Source of the DNA: Octopus sinensis
Taxonomy: Eukaryota
Direction: 5' to 3'
Assembly (NCBI RefSeq): GCF_006345805.1
Contig: NC_043010.1
Coordinates: forward strand, 53,940,001-54,004,000
DNA: 64,000 bases
Shown here: positions 1-13,660 of the stretch, piece after piece
How positions within the stretch are numbered: the first letter of the stretch is position 1
Layout: the number at the start of each line of letters is the position of its first letter
Position numbers and translations under genes: made by a program
The notes under the pieces: model-generated
What the model was told of the DNA's origin: nothing
The model's input: only the letters and a program-made list of their open reading frames with translations
Databases searched by the model: none

Positions 1-236
1 CACAGACAGAAACTGGAGTTGCATTATTAACACTGTTCAATTCCCCATTGATCATTTGCTATTCATTATTCCTTCTGTGAATGACGTAATTGCAAATACG
101 TCATGGAAGCTGAAAGTTCAAGAGAAATTTTGACATGCTGAAAATACAAAGGGAAAGAAATTAACTTGCAAAAGTTTAATATTGGAATACATGAAAAATT
201 TATGAATAATTCGTAAGTAACTGTTAGTCATTCGAA

Positions 237-283
<47 letters not shown>

Positions 284-451
284 CTAAAACTTTTTATTAT
301 ATTCTCTTCCTGTTTATTTCTGTGTTCGTTTCTTGTCGAGGAGCGTAAGTTCGAAACGTAAAAACACTTTCTCACTTCTCGAGTGTTAAAATAATACATC
401 TGTTTGTAGTTTATACACCCGTCTTCATCTTTTGTATTTTATAAATTCCCG

Positions 452-524
<73 letters not shown>

Positions 525-1175
525 GAAGGAGAGAGAGAGAGAGAGAGAAAGCAATAAGAAAATGGAGGGGGATCAATAGCTGATATTCATCAACTTTTAA
601 ACATTATATTATGTCAATTTATTTAATAAAAGGACAATTACAACACTATACATACATGTATAACATATTATGCTTTACATATATAATATATTAAATATAA
701 AAATATCAGGAATTATTAAGATATATAACATAGAGCAATAGAAATATCTTACAGCTATTTCATATGTACAAATACCAATTTTTCGCGGTTGGAAAGTAAT
801 TTAGCTCACTCGTGAAGATTTGAGCAAAATTCAGAATTACGATTTTGATTATAACGAGAGTCATACTGAAAAGGAAATGCTGACAGTTTCATTATTTCGA
901 CTGTGGTTGTGTTGTGGCACAACCTCGAAAGATTTAGTGAAGCAAATCGACCAAACTACTCATTTCTTTTCAATTTGGCACTTATTCTGTCGGTCTCTAT
1001 ATAAGGTAAAGTGGAGAATTTGTATATTTTATTCCAAATGTAGCTCATCTCTACAAATGGTCAGATATATATATGTGTGTAGCATTGGGATATCCTAGTT
1101 TTACCTATATATATATATATATATATAACAATGATAAATCTCAGAGCGAGTTTTAAACAGTAGCGGTAACACATC

Positions 1176-1282
1176 GTGACGCATATTTGCCATTTGAATA
1201 TGGCTAACCCCTAAGGGGCTACAAACTACAGTAGCATCCACCCTTAGGGGTTAGCCATATTCAAATGGCAAATATGCGTCAC
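1176..1282. repeat. Perfect 42-bp inverted repeat (fold-back)
   Basis: 1176-1217 is the exact reverse complement of 1241-1282; 23-nt spacer. Confidence 0.95.
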
Positions 1283-1301
1283 TATATATATATATATATA
1301 A

Positions 1302-1592
1302 TTTTACTTTTGTATTTGTTTCAGTAATTTGACTGCGGCAATGTTAGAGCACCGCCTTTAGCCGAACAGTCTTTGTAAGCTTAAGTTAAGTTAATTTTTG
1401 GGCTCAAAAAGCAAAAAGCAAGGCCATGTAGGGGGACATAGAGTTATGTACAGGGTGGTGTTCATACAAAGAGTTCAGGCCATTTGTGGTCAAGGGACAC
1501 TTTGAACCGAGCGGTCAGTAGCTATTCGATCGGTCCATTTTGCCGAATCGCTAAGTTACGGGGACGAGAACACGCCAACATCGGTTGTCAAC
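1302..1592 (-). mobile_element. SINE family A 3' half with an unrelated about 140-bp insertion
   Basis: Tail and body motifs match the other copies; 1375-1520 is foreign sequence. Confidence 0.75.
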
Positions 1593-1992
1593 TTACGAAA
1601 TAGAACGTTACATCGCTTCATTACTAATATAGATGCTAAATAACACTGACAGCAAAACGTTGATATCATTCACAGAAACCAACTGGCTTTATACGAGTCA
1701 ACGATGGATTCTGTAGCTGGATACGATACTTACTAGAAATAGTAGCTAATTATTTCAAGAATACCGTCTGAAGAAAGAATATATCGTTCTCGTTTCTTTG
1801 CAGACATGAATGAGGTGATGTGATCACGGCTGGAATGTTTTGCTTAATAGATATGCTCACTCCAGTTTATTAAAAAAAGTGAAATCATAACACTAATATC
1901 TGCTCACATTATTATGAATGCTGCGCCCTGATGTTGTGAACCATATGTACGCGTAATTAATAATTTCGTTGTTTTATTATTGAATTTCAGTC

Positions 1993-2200
1993 TAAGGCAC
2001 CGAGCTGGCAGAATCGTTAGCACGTAGAGCAAAACTCCCCGTCTTTAATTTCTGAGTTCAAATTCCGCCGAGGTAAACCTTTGCCTTTTATCCTTTCGGG
2101 GTCGATAAAATACATAACAGTCAAAGACAGAGGTCGATGTAATCGATTTATTCCGTCCCTGAAACTGCTGTCATTGTGACGATATTTGAAACCATTATTA
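1993..2200 (+). mobile_element. tRNA-derived SINE family B
   Basis: A-box AGCTGGCAGAATCGTTAGC, B-box GAGTTCAAATTCC, central GCCTTTTATCCTTTCGGGGTCGATAAA domain. From memory this domain is similar to the Meta/Sauria-SINE central domain (unverified). Confidence 0.85.
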
Positions 2201-2542
2201 AATTCCAGTTTGGCCCTCACAAGTGTTAGTAGCTTATAAACCGCTGGTTCGTATAATCCTGAGAGTCCTAACGTACGGAATGACCTTCAGTCCAGTTATA
2301 GAATAATGTAGTTATAAAAGCCGATGATCTCGAGAGCATTGATAAAAGTATTATTGTCTTCTGAAATAATAGTGAAACATATTAGTTATAAATAAAACAA
2401 TAAAATCGTCAAACATGTTACTTATCAGAAACTTCTATGACATTCGTCCAGATTTGGTTGGCATATGGCATTTTTAATAATTTACTGTCACGTTTTGCTG
2501 GCAGTAGTATTAAAATTGATTGTTTCTCTTTTAATGTAAATA

Positions 2543-3487
2543 CTAGCTGTTGGACCCGGCGTTGCTTGTGTTTTCTCTGTTGTAGCTAAGTCCACCTCTG
2601 ACCTTGTATTGAAATCTACGTTATCGGTGCCAACTATAACCCATTAAGATGTTATATCCGGTTCGGCAAGCTGTTGCAGGAGGAGTAGATGTGTAGCAGG
2701 CGGAGGAAAAATGGTCAGAGCAGGCGGAGGAGTTTTGTGGACGGAGCGGAGTTTTTTCAGCCGACGTCGACGTGTTCAATGGTGCAGCGAAGTGAGGCTG
2801 AAGTACTAAATGAAGATTTTAAGAAAGTGTTTTGGGAAAATGAGTTCACACTTGTAAAGTGGTACTTACAGTGGAGTTCTGAATCAGCTAGCTCCGAAGA
2901 TGTCTTCATGAGAGGATTGGAGACTTGACTGTTCTTTTTGGTATCTTGTTTGATGAAATTCAGTCCTGTAACGCCAGTTGTTTAATGATTAGTCGCGCGC
3001 AATTGCAAAGTTTGGGCGGATTCAAGTTCCTCAACAGCATAACTGGAGTGCCTATCTTTAACTGCAAATCATGTGGTGGTAGAGCTGATAGTGCCAGAGG
3101 GCTCAATATTTCAACAGCATATTTTGTAGCATCAGCAATGTTGAAAACGGTGTCAATCGATTTGTAGGTTCACCACTGTCCTGGAAGCAGCTCTAGAAGG
3201 ATGTTGTTCAACTGATCCAATTTTCCAGGCGAAAAATACAAAAGCTGCAGGACAAATAACATCATTATGAGAATTTCCATACAAACGCCCGATTGATCTC
3301 ACAAAATTCGATGCCAACTGAGCATTATCGAGTTTTCGATAAATTCCGGCCGTATTTGAACTTCAAGGCATGTGATCTACCTATGTGCCGAAAATCATTA
3401 AAATCGGTTCGACAGTGTGGGGTTGAGTTAGATTAACCCCAAACACACACACCCAGACAGACACCATTACACATTTATCCATATAGA
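2543..3487 (-). mobile_element. Non-autonomous Helitron carrying a Pif1 helicase fragment
   Basis: Minus strand begins TC and ends with a GC-rich subterminal motif (GCAACGCCGGG) plus CTAG, inserted between A and T. Internal about 2975-3195 translates to YKSIDTV...ALPPHDLQLKIGTPVMLLRNLNPPKLCNCARLIIKQL, the Helitron RepHel Pif1 motif LxLKxGxPxMLLRNLxP. Confidence 0.88.
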
Positions 3488-4307
3488 TTTTTCAAAATGT
3501 CAAATTTTCTGTTGTAACTTTTAAATCAAATGACATAATTTCACTTACATCATTCACAGAAGAGGTGCGATAATAAGCAAGGCACTGGCTTATGCGGTGA
3601 CACGATGACAAAAACGTTGGTCATATAATTTCTGTAACACATTCGATCGCTGCGCTTGTTGGGAACATTATTCACAATGTATGGCTATATTTTATGGTAA
3701 AATGTGCTCTCTCACGAATATTGCGCTAATTATGCTATGATTCATAGTTCAGTTTATCTCCTAAATTCTCCCCGGTGTACATTTATGAATCAAGAAATGT
3801 TAAATCCTTTAAACTCGATACTTAATTATCATTGGCGATGTTTCGTGATGATCACACATTTATAATATTTCGGAAATCCCACTCACTCTGCAAATCTAAC
3901 CTTTCTGATCCTGAACAGAATCTTTCACAAATTCTATTTGTTAGTAGCCCATTATAAAACATTAGTAAACAATATAGCACATTACATCCCAAATTCTTGG
4001 GACGATTATATTGAAATACATCGCATCATGTTAATCACAGCTTAAGGAAGGCTATCTACTAATTTATCAGCTGATCCAACATGATACAAACAAGCAACCA
4101 GAGATACTCTGCTATTCCCTGTAGATGTCTAATCTAATGTGAATATATTGTTCCCAAGCTAGTAAATATTTGTGAAGTTTTATCTCGCATTCGGAAGCTC
4201 CCGAGTTTCATTACCCCACTGGCTAAGTTCGCTAATTTTATACAATCATAGCTACGCAGGAATCCTGGTCTCGTATATTGGATGTAGAAAAAAGATGTTT
4301 GGGGGCT

Positions 4308-4900
4308 TACTCTTTAACTTGTTTCAGCCATTTGACTGTGGCCATGCTGGGGCATCGCCTTTTGTCGAGCAAATCGACCCGGCACTTATTTTTTGTAAGC
4401 CTAGTACATATTCTATCGGTCGATTACATCTACTCCAGAGTTTCACTGGTACTTAATTTATCGACCGAGCTCGGCAGAATTTGAACTCAGAAGAGTACGA
4501 CAGACGGATTACTGCTAAGCTTTTCGCCTGGCATACCAATCATTCCACCAGACCATCGCCTTCAATAACAGTACTCTCTTTTTATCTTTACACTCGTACT
4601 TATTCTATCGGTCTTTTTTGCCGAACCGCTAAGTTCGTAAACACACCAGCATCGGTTGTCAAGCAATAGGGGGGGGGACACACAGACACACAAGGATACA
4701 CACACTCACATATATATATATATATACATATATACGACGGGCGTCTTTCAGTTTCTATCTACCAAATCCACTCACAAGGCTTTGGTCGGCCCGAGGCTAT
4801 AGTAGAAGACACTTGCCCAAACCTGCCGCGCAGTGGGACTGAAACCGGAACCATGTGGTTGGTAAGCAAGCTACGTACCCCACAGCCACTCCTACGCCTA
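4308..4900 (-). mobile_element. tRNA-derived SINE family A, interrupted by a family-B SINE (about 4418-4560)
   Basis: Head AGGCGTAGGAGTGGCTGTG..GGTTTCAGTCCC (A/B boxes), conserved body, internal (TA/CA)n, tail ...CAGCATGGCCACAGTCAAATGGCTGAAACAAG. Confidence 0.9.
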
Positions 4901-5684
4901 CCATAGGCTTGTCAAAGTATTGTAGGGGAAATTGAAATAGCCAGATTTATCACATGGTCTGTTACTGATTTTCCCTGAGAATTATGTAGAGGATACATTG
5001 CCTGTGGAATAGTTCAAACAATTCCGCTTACTCAATGAGGACGGTGTTCACCTGCTCGAACAACCGAACACATTTCATGCAAAGCTACGTATATTTTTTA
5101 AATGGAATGGTTTCACGATTGCTGATGTATTAGGTTGCATATCTCGCATAAGATATTTACTCGTACAAACTTATTTTTCAATCTCGTTCTCGCTGTTTGT
5201 GTCCTTCAAGAAAATGACATAAAAACACGGAGCAAAAGCTGTTCACGATTATACCGCATATAGCAAACTTATACAGAGGTTCCACTTCTTGTTTCTGACA
5301 TGACAGTCTGAATTTCACGAAGCAGAATTTCAAATGAAGAACTTATAGAGTATTTCAGTTCCAAGTACGCGAAGTTCGATAAAATGACGTTTTGGTAATG
5401 GCTAGCTTGCATTGACCGAAAGTCTTTGGGTCAGATATGATGTGCGTTGAAATGACAACAATATAATTGTTTATAAGATTAACATGAATGTATATCAACC
5501 ACATTGTCCACAACGGTTATGCAGGTCACTTCGCTAATAATCTGTTCTAAGACTAAAGAATATACTCTGTAATCTATGAGAAAATCCTGGTAGATATTAT
5601 AGAACAGATTCATAGTAGCCTAAATATAATCTGCAATAACAAGGCTGACACACCATACATATAATAGATGCTTTTCGCTTGCAG

Positions 5685-5708
5685 GAGTGAGTGGCGGCTG
5701 CACTGGCA
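5685..5708 (+). other. Candidate 24-nt plus-strand micro-exon
   Basis: gatgcttttcgcttgcag|GAGTGAGTGGCGGCTGCACTGGCA|gtaagt; overlaps a competing minus-strand exon candidate (5659-5733). Confidence 0.25.
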
Positions 5709-8052
5709 GTAAGTAAAATTCAAATTTCCATGTCTGCGAGCAAGAGATTAGAATTTCTTCGTTCCAAAACTCAAAAATGACATGTGACAAATTAACAGCA
5801 ATAAAACACAGGAGTATTTTATGGAAAAAAAACCCAAAAAACCCAACAACCATACAACCATAACAAACACTCGGTTTGATTTGAATATCAATCACGTTGA
5901 CTATATTAAGCACGCAAAACAACAATAGCAAATAGCATAACAACGAAAACAAATACCATTTTCTCTGTGTGGTCTTGCGTTTGATTGTTTTGTGTAGCAG
6001 TTTTATGGAACGGAACGCTACGCCATTAGCAAACACAGCTTTACGTGAAAGAACGTGTTCTGGTTTAAATATTATATACAATTAATATTCTCAGTCCGTT
6101 TTATAGCAAAAACAACAATATATTATTAAAACAAAAAAAAAACGAAACATATAATGAGTTTAAAATATCTTAAAACCATTAAAAAATGCTATTAAAATAA
6201 AAAAAATCTGAAAGAAAAAGCGTACCACAACTTGATCGCATTACACAAATGTGACAATTTAATCTCCTCATTTGCTGTCTAAAAATCGGAGTTTAAATAT
6301 TTGTGTCACTCTTGAGAATTGTCTCACATACCTTTACTTCGTGCTATTTCTTAGTGATTATGACCTAAAAGGCAATGATCACATTTTTTTTTTTTCGGTT
6401 CTTATTCGAGATCTTTGCTGTTGTTTTAACATAATGGCACATCATTGATTTTCAGAATCTCCATTCTTTGTTTATTCATTCGTTCAGGTTTTTCCTTATT
6501 TGGATTATTATTTATTTATCTAATTATTTATTTTCTTTTGCGTTTCGGTGTCATTCATTTGTTTGAAAATATTATATTATGTCTTATTCGTGTGTTTTTA
6601 AAAAAATTTTTAAAAATAAAAGCAGAAACTGTTTTTCCTAGTATTCTCTATTTGAGGCCGACCTTTTTTTATTATAAAGAGTGTTGATTCTATTTTTTGC
6701 CGTTGATTTCTTTTACAATATTCTTCATTCTTTTTAACGTAAATGAAGTCTTCTGAAGTCGTTCACTATTTATTCTGATTCCCTTTTTTTATTTTCATTC
6801 TGATGGTTTCACCTTTTTATACTCGTTTTCTCTTCCCATCTTTTACGTAAAAGCAAGCAACGTATTAACTTCAATACTATTTGTTTGCTTATTTTTTTAC
6901 TCCATACCATTTTCAGTTCTTAAAGATTCAGCAAAGAAAAACAACGCATTATCAAAATAAAGATTATGGTTGCTTGCCAGCTACATAACATGTTTGGTTA
7001 AAATCATTTCAACCGTTTTTCGTATTCCATATTCCATGATACACTTACAAACAAAAGAGAAAGAAAAAATGCGGAAACAAAGAAATATAAAATCATATAC
7101 CTTCATTTATGAGGTATTTTTCTCTAGCTGAAAGGTTATTCGCATCTTGTGGAGTGTCATATATTATCCGTAAGATAATTTCAGTTGCAGATTCTATCCT
7201 CAGTTGTAGATATTTCATATATCACTTTATTTTTATACAATTTCCTTTAAATATTCGGGAAAAATAATATACTATCAAAACGAAGATTATGGTTCGTTGC
7301 CAACTGCAGAATATAGTCACAACAAAATCACTACTTTTTCTTTTTTACAATTCTTTTGTCCATCCCGAAATTGTAAAAAAATCAGGTAAAGAAACAATTG
7401 AATCTAAAATGCATTTCTGTTTTATTCTGAAGCATTTTGCGCCATCAAAGATTAAATCTACGTTTGCTTACTGTGTACCGAACGTTAGGTATGAAAAAAC
7501 TATATTTTATTTGAACAAGCTGGATTTTAAGGCAATAATACAAAATCTAAGGACACATATAGGTGTAGGTATGAATGTATGGTTAATAGGTTAGCTTTCT
7601 AAATGCAGTTTCGTGTTCAGTTCCACTGCATGGTACCTAGTGAAAGCGTCAACCGCATAGCCACTCGCTGACCATTTTTTTTTTCATGAGTGCAATTAGT
7701 AGACGGAAACTATGTGGAAGCCCTTCATATATATTCATATGTGTGTATGCGTGTTTCATGTCAGTTTGCATCCACTTCAATGCCTGATTAGTGCGGCTAG
7801 TGTACTTATTAGTGCGGCTAGTGTCTCTGCAACCTACAGATTTGACAAAGTGAGCAATAGTATAAATGACAGACGTTAAATTCCATACTGGATTCGATTA
7901 GTTCCTAAAAATCCCTTGAAGGCGCTGCCCCAGCATGGTCATACTTCAATAAATACATTTAAGAGATAGAAAATATTGCAAAACAAATATTTCACAAAAG
8001 TCTTAAATACTTCGCATTCTCTTGAGGGTTACAATATATTCAGTGTTCTTCT

Positions 8053-8260
8053 CTTTTACTTGTTTCAATCATTTGACTGCAGTCATGCTGGAGCACTGCC
8101 TTTAGTCGAGCAAATCGACCCCGGGACTTATTCTTTGGAAGCCTAGTACTTATTCTATCGGTCTCTTTTGCCGAACTGCTAAGTTACAGGGATGTAAACA
8201 CACCAGCATCTGTTGTGAAGCTATGTTGGGAGACAAACCCAGACACAAACATATACACAC

Positions 8261-8325
<65 letters not shown>

Positions 8326-8478
8326 TACGACGGCCTTCTTTCAGTTTCTATCTACCAAATCCACTCACAGGGCTTTGGTCGACCCGAGGCTATAGTAGAA
8401 GACACTTGCCCAAGGTGCCACGCAGTGGGAATATATCTGGAACCATGTAGTTGGTAAGCAAGCTACATACCACACCAC
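8053..8478 (-). mobile_element. SINE family A, near full length
   Basis: Collinear with copies at 13212, 18296, 22772 and 51080. Confidence 0.92.
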
Positions 8479-8929
8479 TTTAACAGAATATTGTGTTATC
8501 TAAATTTAACTTTAGTTTTCTAAATCTTTCTGTTGGACGAAAGCGATGTCGTCGTCCTCGAATTTTAGGTGGTCTCGGTGCTGTTAATTTCCCTTTCTAA
8601 CAACTGCACAGAGACGACAAATGACTGAAACATACATAAGCTAGGGAAGTTATTTGTAGGGCACTGATGTCTCCGAGTAAACCAAAACAGTTATTTAATG
8701 CATGATGATTAAACGCGGATTCTATGGTCAATTAAATTATTTGAAAAAGTCTATTCTGCTAAACTTCTCGCTTCAAAATATTTCTGAGAACCACAACATA
8801 ATATACATGCGAATATTATGCCGACTATATATCATGATCATAAGAAAATCAATTTTAATGACATTTCTGTTATTCCTTTTTTTTTCCTTATACGGCCTTT
8901 TCAGCGTAACTCAAGAAACAGGAAGCGAG

Positions 8930-9065
8930 AGAGTTGGGGTGAAAGAGTACAACAAGGGTCGCCACCAATCCCTGCCGGAGCCTCGTGGAGCTTTAGGTGT
9001 TTTCGCTCAATAAACACACACAACGCCCGGTCTGGGAATCGAAACCGCGATCCTCCGACCGCCAT
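8930..9065 (-). mobile_element. tRNA-derived SINE family D fragment
   Basis: Contains the B-box GGTTTCGATTCCC on the minus strand. The segment at 48725-48855 is assigned to the same family from recollection of cephalopod repeats. Confidence 0.6.
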
Positions 9066-9552
9066 TGTCCCTCCACAATTATTCTATTATTCAATGTGAC
9101 ATAAGTACCGATCTCAGTAACCCCAACATAAATCTGAAATACAAGATGCATTACTATTAAAATCTGGAGTATTTCGCACTTCTATAATGATTATTTAAAT
9201 CTGTTTACTGAGTGCCGTATATTAGCATGTAGGTATTCCTTATCGTGATATGAAGGGAAGACAGATACTCGAATCGCCATTGCATATTTCACAAAATAAT
9301 ATAAACTTCTCAAACCATTGCACTTATATCTCAGGCCTCCTGTAAAGTAAATCTCTTGCGCAAAATAATGTTTTGCTGTTGTAGATTGTGTGTTTATTTA
9401 GTTCGATATTATGTGAGATGAAACAGATATCTGTTGTAAATGGTTTGAAGATCTCGCTTTGTAGTTACCGACCATAATTAACGGATAAACTTGCCTGCTG
9501 AATAAATGTATACATACATATATATATATATATATTATATATATATATATAT

Positions 9553-9592
<40 letters not shown>

Positions 9593-10094
9593 GTGTGTGT
9601 GTGTGTGTGTGGTGTGTGTGTGTGTGTGTATGTATGTTTACGTATATATATTTATATATATATAGATATTTATATATATATATATACATATGTATTCATG
9701 TGTATATATTATATAAAAATACGTTCACGACACTTGGATTTAAAAGTTAAAAAAAACAATAATAACAATATGATGCAACCTAGAAAGTATAAAATGTACG
9801 TATCTTGTTTTAACTGCATCACACACGGGTATTTATTCTCATGTCAGATTATATTACAACATATTCTAATAGGAAGAGATTTGAGATTTACATTCTTTTA
9901 TAAAACGTAAACATAAAATGCCTGACTTCTATTCATATACAAAAACAGACAAGCAAAAAAACACTTAGTGATGCTTCGTTGTATACATACAGACATACAT
10001 AAAACATATTCAAACACACGTCGATGTTTATCCACATACAAATATACATATACCATACAAACAGACACAGAGACAAACAGACACAAACATATAT

Positions 10095-10450
10095 AATGCA
10101 TATATACAGGTGTAATTAGGGGGTACGAATCAGGTGATTAGCAGGCATCTTTATCGCTCGTTGGTATTATTTAGGGTATTTTTACCTGTTTGTATTGGGA
10201 AGGTAGAGGTTATCAGACAAGTAGGTCGTGTGACGATATGGAAATTTCTTTTATGCTTTAGTGTTAGGCAAGTGTAAATTTTAATAGCGCTCATACTCCT
10301 CTCAAGAAATTTATTCTAGAAATTATTTGAATAATATTTAGAATTTTAACCTTTGTATTTCAGGGTGGGGATATTTGCGTGGTATTCATTATATGAATAT
10401 CTTTTCTATTCTTTTTCAAGAGTAAGTTTTCTATAACATATTAGTTTTTA
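10095..10450 (-). mobile_element. Probable highly degraded Penelope-like or other LINE remnant
   Basis: Non-microsatellite island with weak resemblance to PLE linker residues. No clean motif was recovered. Confidence 0.3.
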
Positions 10451-10629
10451 CATTTCAATGTATTCAAAACTGAGAATTAGCAAAATATCTGCATCACGTT
10501 ATGTACAAAATATAGAATTAAAATTACATAAGGAGTTTCTAAGCCAGGTTATCTCTTTATTTTTAATGTACAGTATATGTACATATATGTTTACACACAG
10601 ATACATAAGTATATATATAATGTAAATAA

Positions 10630-10673
<44 letters not shown>

Positions 10674-11997
10674 TATGTGTGTGTGGGTGTGTCTGTGCGT
10701 GTCTACATATATGCATTTACATATATATAATTCGTATATATACATATATATATATATATACACACACACGTGTATATATATATATATATTATATATATAT
10801 ATATATCATATATGTTATACTCCTGTATCTATTTTCTATACGCACGTATATACACAAGTTTACATAAATAATGGTACAAATATTTATCTCTAAATATATA
10901 TATATGCATACATAAAAATAAGTATTTATGCACACACATATACATAAGTAGATCATATGCATGTCTACACAAAAGAGAGCATTTATCGATGTGCAGTTTA
11001 GTAAATACAATACTGTTCTATTTGACTACTAGTTATATCTGATTCTTCTTTTCTCGTAGTATTTAAGATTGCTTTGATCAAATTTTCTAACCTTTACTGC
11101 ATATCAATTAAATAAGCACTTCTATATAAATCTCTATATAGATTTTCCACATGGAATTTATTTCGAAGAACCGATATGACTTGAACCATTTGTGCATCAA
11201 TTTCTACGTTACACGAATCGGGAACAGGTTTTTGCTGATCCTAATTGACTCTACATTGAACTGACCAGCGGCTTTCTTTTCTCACAATATAATCGCATTT
11301 GTTATTTATCTGAATAGAATAGTTTCTATCTTCCGGAACAGTCTTTATGCAATTATTTCTCTAGACATGTTCCATTCATGTGAATATATTAAATGTCCTT
11401 ATATTGATGGTTGGGACCTTGGGAAATCAGTTATCTTTTTATTCTCTAAACTTCTTATCATTAGGAATTCAAGTTTGACAAAATGATTGTTTCCGTATCT
11501 TAAGATGGTGCAATGGTATTTATCAGGCCAAAGCAGTCTGTATTGTTTTCATTTGACATTTTCGGCAAATAATATATAGAACTGGTTCACAATGCACATT
11601 TGCATCCGATATGATAGCGAGCAGGGGCGGGGTCCGCTACCCACACATAGCGACGTGGCCAGTAGACAAGTCCCGGTTTCGGGTTATTAATGACAATCCA
11701 CAGTACTGGACATGTCATCTGCTACAGATGATAGCAGCTCGATTCTGCACGCAATATATATATTTCAAGCGAACACACAGTCGCTGATTTTCCACCAAGC
11801 AATAATGCTAGATCTAAAATCTGTCTAAGAGTTCGACGTAGTAGTTGTACTGACAAGTAATATTCGTAACCACATGCGATTTTTTAAACCCAAGATATCT
11901 CCTCAACGATGATCATCTGCATCCGATATGATTACTAGCAGGGGAGCGAAAAGCTACTATCTCCTAGAGACGGAGCCAGAAGACCAGACCTGGTCTA

Positions 11998-12064
<67 letters not shown>

Positions 12065-12115
12065 ACATACATACATACATACATACATACATACATACAT
12101 ACATACATGTATATA

Positions 12116-12153
<38 letters not shown>

Positions 12154-12202
12154 CACACACACACAAATGTGTTCAGTACTGAGGAGATTAATAAATAGTC
12201 CG

Positions 12203-12244
<42 letters not shown>

Positions 12245-12817
12245 TATATAAGTATATATACATGTGGAAATATATACGTATGGATATATATATATATATT
12301 TCTATGTATGTATATATATGTATATATATATAAATATTCATATATATGTACATATATATCTATAAAACACTTAATGGATGTTGTCTTAAAATCTAAATTT
12401 CTATGCTACTTCCTTCCAGTTATTCCATTCTTTGTTTAGGATACGACCAAAGCATGTATAATACATGCATCAAAGAGAAAGCAACGCGAGCCACCCACTG
12501 CAACGAAACTGAACGTGAGTTGAAACAAATATCTTCTACAAAAGTCTTAGAGTGATCAGTAGAGGTGGTGCCAATTGATACGCTGAAACTGCAAAAAACC
12601 TGCCGTATAATTACGAACCTAACTGCAAATACATATGCGCAGAAGCTCATAAATGTAGCTACTAAAACCTTTTATTTCAGTCGGTTCAGTGGTTTGATAA
12701 TCTTGGTCAACTTCATTAAACTGCTATAAGTTTTAATTGAATAATCTTTCAAATCATTAGCCACACACAGCCATACACGCGCGCAGGCTCATGCACACAG
12801 GCTCATGCACACAGGGC

Positions 12818-13081
12818 TAGTCGAAAGTTGGCACCTCGGGCAAGTGTCTTCTACTATAGCCTCGGGCCGACAAAAGCCTTGTGAGTGGATTTGGTAGACG
12901 GAAACTGAAAGAAGCCCGTCGTATATATGTATATATATATATGCATGTGTGTGTATATGTTTCTGTGTCGATGTTTGTCCCCCCAACATCACTTGACAAC
13001 CGATCCTGGTGTTTTTAAGCCTCCGTAACTTAGTGATTCGGCAAAAGAGACCGATAGAATAAGTACTAGGCTTACAAAGAA
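12818..13081 (+). mobile_element. SINE family A, truncated at both ends
   Basis: GGCACCTCGGGCAAGTGTCTTCTACTATAGCCTCGGG...GGCTTACAAAGAAT. Confidence 0.88.
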
Positions 13082-13211
13082 TGAGTAAGCGGAATTGTTT
13101 GGACTATTCCACAAGCAACATATCCTCAACATAATTCTCAGGAAAAATCTGTAACAGACCATGTGATAAACATGGCTATTTCAATTTCCCCTACAATAGT
13201 TTGACAAGCTT

Positions 13212-13390
13212 ATGGTAAGCGTAGCAGTGGCTGTGTGGTAAGTAGCACGGTTACCAACCACATGGTTCCGGGTTCATTCCCACTGCGTGGCAGCTTCGGC
13301 AAGTGTCTTCTACTATAGCCTCGGGCCGCCCGAAGTGTGTGGATGTGGTAGACGGAAACTGAAAGACGCCCGTCGTATATATATACATAG

Positions 13391-13431
<41 letters not shown>

Positions 13432-13660
13432 AGTGTGTGTGTGTGTGTGTGTCTGTCTGTCTGTCTTTGCCCCTCCCCCAACATTGTTTGACAACCGATG
13501 CTGGTGTGTTTACGATCCTAGCGGTTCGGCAAAAGAGACCGATAGAATAAGTTCTAGGCTTCCAAAGAATAAGTCCTGGGGTAGATTTGGTCGACCAATG
13601 GCGGTGCTCCAGCATGGCCGCAGTCAAATGGCTGAAACAAGTAAAAGAGAGTAAAAGAGC
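13212..13660 (+). mobile_element. SINE family A, full length
   Basis: A-box TGGCTGTGTGG, B-box-like GGTTCATTCCC, internal (TA)n(TG)n, tail GAAACAAGTAAAAGAGAGTAAAAGAG. Confidence 0.93.

Noticed and set aside
330-365. Hammerhead ribozyme at GTCGAGGAGCGTAAGTTCGAAACG
   Set aside because: GAGC-GTAA-GTTC-GAAAC is suggestive, but the CUGANGA core is absent and stems I and III cannot be built.
1-12600. Several minus-strand acceptors followed by short ORFs and stops (137, about 8604, about 12575), plus 7101-7127 (REKYLINE)
   Set aside because: Strong polypyrimidine-AG sites are common by chance in AT-rich DNA, and no consistent frame or homology could be established.
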